This document shows, in pieces, positions 44,690 to 48,390 of a stretch of 48,390 bases of DNA. The stretch's first letter is position 1, and every line of letters begins with the position of its first letter. A model generated the notes under the pieces. The model was not told the DNA's origin and made no database searches. It saw nothing but the letters and a program-made list of their open reading frames with translations. The position numbers and the translations under genes are program-made. Origin of the DNA: a virus (lineage: Duplodnaviria > Caudoviricetes); the IMG/VR virus record IMGVR_UViG_3300037408_000837, positions 1 to 48,390 of that record; one strand, given 5' to 3'.

Positions 44690-45690
44690 TGCAGCTCCTC
44701 ACCAACAGCCGCGCCAAGGCCGCGCGTGCGTGCCTGCGTCTCCACCAGCTCCGCTACGAGCTCGGCTACCAGTCCGTGCACGAGTCGGCTGCGCTGCGCT
44801 TTGGCACGCTCTGGCACGCCACGCAAGAGGGCTGGTGGAGCGCCGGCCCGGGCTCGGAGGCTCGCCTCGAGGCGGCCCTCGCCCTGCTCGCCAAGGCGGC
44901 CGAGACGGGCGACGTCGACCAGTTCGACCAGGTGCGCGTCGAGGAGCTGCTCCGCGGCTACACCGCGCGCTGGGGCGACGAGGAGTACACAACCCTCGCC
45001 GTTGAGCGAGAGTTCCGCGCGCCGATGCTCAACCCAGAGACCGGCGCCGCGTCCCGTACCTGGGAGCTCGGCGGAAAGATCGACCTCGTCATCGCGGACC
45101 AGTCTGGGCGCTGTCTCATCGGCGAGCACAAGACCTCGAGCGAGGACATCAGCCCCGGCTCCGAGTATTGGCGCCGCTTGAGGCTCGATGGTCAGATCGC
45201 CGCGTACTACAGCGGCGCCGGCTCACTTGGCTTCGACGTGGCGGGCTGCCTCTACGACGTGGTGCACAAGCCGACCATTCGACCGCTCAAGGCAACCCCG
45301 GTCGAGTCCCGTAAGTTCACCAAGACCGGCGACCTCTACGCAAACCAGCGCATGAACGACGAGACGCCCTCCGAGTACGGTGCGCGTCTGCGCGAACACA
45401 TCGCCGAGAACCCGGACGCCTACTACCAGCGCTCCGAGGTGGTCCGGCTCGAAGACGAGATGCGGGACTACCTCTTCGACGCGTGGTCGCTGGGGAGACT
45501 CATCCGCGAGGCCGAGATCGCGCAGCGCTGGCCCCGCAACCCTGATGCCTGCTTGAGGTTCGGTCGGCTTTGTGAGTTCTTCCCCTATTGCACCGGGGAC
45601 ACCGACCTCAGTGACACGACGCTGTACCAGCAGAGCGACGTCGTCCATCCCGAGCTGACGCAGACCACGGCGGCGAGCGATGCCGCGTAG
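44689..45690 (+). CDS. PD-(D/E)xK exonuclease (RecB/Cas4-like)
   Basis: AL.FGT.WH; VE.EF; GKIDLV; EHKT; Q...Y; C-terminal C.....CEF...C. Confidence 0.88.
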   Translation: MQLLTNSRAKAARACLRLHQLRYELGYQSVHESAALRFGTLWHATQEGWWSAGPGSEARLEAALALLAKAAETGDVDQFDQVRVEELLRGYTARWGDEEYTTLAVEREFRAPMLNPETGAASRTWELGGKIDLVIADQSGRCLIGEHKTSSEDISPGSEYWRRLRLDGQIAAYYSGAGSLGFDVAGCLYDVVHKPTIRPLKATPVESRKFTKTGDLYANQRMNDETPSEYGARLREHIAENPDAYYQRSEVVRLEDEMRDYLFDAWSLGRLIREAEIAQRWPRNPDACLRFGRLCEFFPYCTGDTDLSDTTLYQQSDVVHPELTQTTAASDAA

Positions 45691-46300
45691 AGGAGATGTG
45701 CGGAGCCTGGTCGGGCTGCGCTTCGGGAAGCTGGTCGTGCTGGCGCTGAATGGGCGCAGCGCAGCGCGCGCGTCCGAGTGGAAGTGCCAGTGCGACTGCG
45801 GACGTCAGCTCGTCGTGCTGGGGGGCAACCTGAAATCCGGAAACACGACCTCCTGCGGCTGCTATCGCAGCGAGTTCATGTCGCGGACTGCCGCGACGCA
45901 CGGACACGACCGCGTCGGCAAGCGCTCACCCGAGTACCAGTCGTGGTCCTCGATGTGGGCGCGCGTTCGCGGCTCCGGACCCGCGGGCGGACAGAGGGAC
46001 ATCGACTATCGGGCCCGCGGCATCTCCGTCTGCGAGCGATGGAGGGCCTTCGAGGCATTCCTCGAGGACATGGGTCCTCGCCCTCCGCGGACCTCCATCG
46101 ACCGGATCGACAACGACGGCAACTACGAGCCGACGAACTGCAGGTGGGCAACGGCCAGCCAGCAGGTTAGCAATCGACGCTCGCTGGCACGCGCACGCGC
46201 TGACAGAGAGCGGCTCAGGCAGTCCCACCCGGAGCTTTCGGCTCCACCACTCTCGAGAGAGGAGAACGACCATGGCTCAGACAGCACCAGCACCCCGTAA
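45680..46300 (+). CDS. HNH homing endonuclease
   Basis: G.RFG.L.V; W.C.CDCG; SCGC; RGI.VCERW..F..F..DMG; [19 protein letters not shown]. Confidence 0.88.
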   Translation: MPRRGDVRSLVGLRFGKLVVLALNGRSAARASEWKCQCDCGRQLVVLGGNLKSGNTTSCGCYRSEFMSRTAATHGHDRVGKRSPEYQSWSSMWARVRGSGPAGGQRDIDYRARGISVCERWRAFEAFLEDMGPRPPRTSIDRIDNDGNYEPTNCRWATASQQVSNRRSLARARADRERLRQSHPELSAPPLSREENDHGSDSTSTP

Positions 46301-47288
46301 CGGCAGCACCGCAGTTCCGCCGCCCGTGAAGCGCAAGCTCAGCGTCACCAGCGGCGTCAAGGCGTCGCCGGCGCGCGTGATGCTCTACGCCCCCGAGGGC
46401 CTCGGCAAGTCAACGTTCGCCGCCGAGTCCCCCGCGCCGCTGTTCCTCGACGTGGAGCGCGGCACGAGCCGCCTGGCGGTGGCGCGACTGCTCGACGGTA
46501 CGACCTGGACGTGGCCCGTGCTGCTCGAGACCGTCCGCGACCTGGAGACGGACCCGATCCTCGATGGCTACCAGTCGCTGGTGCTCGACACCATCGACGT
46601 CGCCGAGCAGCTCTGCTGGGCGCACCTCATCGGGCTGCACAAGCCGCGCAGCAAGGAGGGCCTGACCGGCTCGATCGAGAGCTTCGGCTGGGGCAAGGGC
46701 TACACCGTGGCGCTCGAGTCGTGGCAGATCCTGCTCGCGGCGCTCGAGCGCGTGCAGCTCGCGCGGCGCGTGAACGTCATTCTGCTCGGCCACTCCATCG
46801 TCAAGACCTTCAAGAACCCGGCGGGTGAGGACTTCGACCGCTACGTCGCGAAGGTGCACGAGAAGGCCGCCGGCCTGATCAAGGGCTGGTGCGACATCGT
46901 CGCGTTCGGGATGTACGAGACGGTCAAGGACGCCCAGAGCGGGAAGCAGACCGGCACCGGTGCCCGCATGATGCACACGCAGTGGAACGCGGCCTTCGAC
47001 GCCAAGTCGCGCTACGCCATCCCGGCCGAGCTCGCCCTCGACGCGAAGGAGTTCTGGGCGGCCATCGAGGCGGGGCAGGTCGGCCAGCCCGACCACCTGC
47101 GCAACCAGATCGAGCAGGCCCTCGGGCAGATCACCGACCAGGCCCTGGTCACCACGGTGCGCACCACCGTCGCGAAGGCCAAGGACGACACCCCGCAGCT
47201 CGCCCGCATCCTCGACCGGCTGCACGCGAAGCTGCGCGAGCTGGGCGCCGCCGCGTCCGCGCCGACCACGACGGAGGTGGCCTCATGA
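46272..47288 (+). CDS. AAA_24 ATPase, Sak4-like recombinase
   Basis: Walker [10 protein letters not shown]; LVLDTID; GWGKGY; W.D.V.F; AKSR. Confidence 0.85.
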   Translation: MAQTAPAPRNGSTAVPPPVKRKLSVTSGVKASPARVMLYAPEGLGKSTFAAESPAPLFLDVERGTSRLAVARLLDGTTWTWPVLLETVRDLETDPILDGYQSLVLDTIDVAEQLCWAHLIGLHKPRSKEGLTGSIESFGWGKGYTVALESWQILLAALERVQLARRVNVILLGHSIVKTFKNPAGEDFDRYVAKVHEKAAGLIKGWCDIVAFGMYETVKDAQSGKQTGTGARMMHTQWNAAFDAKSRYAIPAELALDAKEFWAAIEAGQVGQPDHLRNQIEQALGQITDQALVTTVRTTVAKAKDDTPQLARILDRLHAKLRELGAAASAPTTTEVAS

Positions 47289-47833
47289 TCCCGGCTGGCA
47301 ACTACACCGCGAAGGCGACCGGCTCCTTCGACTTCGGCACGTCCACCGGCGGCACGGAGCAGGTCGCCGTCGAGGTCGAGATCCTCGAAGGGCCCGAGGC
47401 CGGGCGCTGCATGACCTGGTTCGGCTTCTTCACCGACAAGACCACCGAGCGCACCGTCGAGTCGCTGCGCCTGCTCGGCTGGCAGGGCGACGACATCACG
47501 AAGCTCGAGGAGCTCGGCTCGCGGCGCGTCTCGATCGTCGTTGAGCACGAGGAGTACCAGGGCCAGGTCCGCGCCAAGATCCAGTGGGTCAACCGCCTCG
47601 GCGGCCTGGGCGTGAAGCTCAAGGCGCCCATGGACGACGCGGCCAGGCGGAAGTTCGCCGCGCGCATGAAGGGCTTCGCCAAGGCCAAGCCGGCGCTGCC
47701 CCCGGAGGACCCGGCGGTGCTGCAGCGCCAGGGCGCGCCGGCACCCAACGGCGGCAACGGCGAGAGCGCCTACCCGTCCGAGCCGGAGGACGACGGGGCG
47801 CCGCCGCACGACGACTCGGAGATCGGCTTCTAG
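47285..47833 (+). CDS. Single-stranded DNA-binding protein (DUF669-like)
   Basis: IPAG.Y.A; acidic tail ending DDSEIGF; follows Sak4-like gene. Confidence 0.72.
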   Translation: MIPAGNYTAKATGSFDFGTSTGGTEQVAVEVEILEGPEAGRCMTWFGFFTDKTTERTVESLRLLGWQGDDITKLEELGSRRVSIVVEHEEYQGQVRAKIQWVNRLGGLGVKLKAPMDDAARRKFAARMKGFAKAKPALPPEDPAVLQRQGAPAPNGGNGESAYPSEPEDDGAPPHDDSEIGF

Positions 47834-47942
47834 CTGCACGCCGTCCCTGCGCGCTGGGTTCGTGAATCCCCCCCTCACGGGCCCGGCGCCAGGGCGGCGC
47901 CTTCGCGCAGCGAGCAGGGGGACCGCACGAAAGGACATCGAC

Positions 47943-48230
47943 ATGAAGAAGACCGCGAAGCAGTACGTCATCGTCCGCACCTACTCCGCCGGCGTCCACG
48001 CCGGCACCCTCGTGAGCCGTGACGGCAAGGAGGTCGTACTCGAGGACGCGCGCCGCATCTGGTTCTGGAAGGGCGCCAACACCCTGCACGAGATCGCGCT
48101 GCACGGCGTGGGTGTCGGCAGCAAGATCAGCGAGCCCGTCGAGTCGATCACGCTGACCGAGTCCATCGAGGTTATCACCGCGACCGCGGACGCCGAGAGG
48201 AATCTCAGCGCGGCCGTCTGGAGCAAGTAG
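47943..48230 (+). CDS. DUF6948-like protein
   Basis: YVIVRTYSAGVH.G.L......V.L..ARRIW.W.GA.TL.EIA..GV; AAGGA RBS. Confidence 0.8.
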   Translation: MKKTAKQYVIVRTYSAGVHAGTLVSRDGKEVVLEDARRIWFWKGANTLHEIALHGVGVGSKISEPVESITLTESIEVITATADAERNLSAAVWSK

Positions 48231-48390
48231 ATGCCGTCGGGGAAGGGCGACGGCTCCGGCTCCGGCTACGGCTACGGCTCCGGCTCCGGCTCCGGCGACG
48301 GCTCCGGCTCCGGCGACGGCTCCGGCTCCGGCTCCGGCGACGGCTCCGGCTACGGCGACGGCGACGGCTACGGCTCCGGCTCCGGCTCCG
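48231..48390 (+). CDS. Gly-X repeat protein (partial, runs off window)
   Basis: MPSGKGDGSGSGYGYGSGSGSGDG... directly after DUF6948 stop. Confidence 0.6.
   Translation, partial: MPSGKGDGSGSGYGYGSGSGSGDGSGSGDGSGSGSGDGSGYGDGDGYGSGSGS

Larger units (their letters stand above)
1..48390. mobile_element. Temperate contractile-tailed phage genome (near complete, circularly opened)
   Basis: Head, tail, baseplate, lysis, replication and integration modules all present; attP-like site internal with phage genes on both sides; no host housekeeping genes. Confidence 0.93.

Noticed and set aside
44689-45690. Cas4 / CRISPR system
   Set aside because: No cas1/cas2 or array; context is the standard exonuclease-Sak4-SSB recombination module

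Overview
A near-complete temperate myovirus genome (about 48 kb, GC-rich), apparently in excised/circular form and opened inside a low-complexity Gly-Ser/Asp/Tyr repeat. It has three large blocks. (1) An early/replication arm on + that wraps the window ends (43379-48390 then 1-9984): adenine MTase, PD-(D/E)xK exonuclease, HNH, Sak4-like ATPase, SSB-like protein, replication initiator, DnaB, RusA, ParB-like protein, a myxobacterial-type sigma-region-4 protein and an SLT. (2) A late arm on - (32778-10131): AP2-domain protein, TerS/TerL, DUF1073 portal, DUF2213, DUF2184 capsid, contractile tail with a -1 frameshifted chaperone, baseplate, amidase lysis cassette, accessory proteins and a sigma-70-like factor. 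(3) A nine-gene, translationally coupled glycan synthesis/modification operon (33614-40442) divergent from the late arm: 3 glycosyltransferases, 2 radical SAM enzymes, 2 methyltransferases, a pyruvyl transferase and an SGNH-like hydrolase. A small lysogeny region holds a LITAF-like protein, a Cro-like HTH, KTSC, a tyrosine integrase and an attP carrying the 5' half of tRNA-Lys(UUU). The host is probably Myxococcota (inference). All family calls are by-eye motif recognition; no database searches were run.
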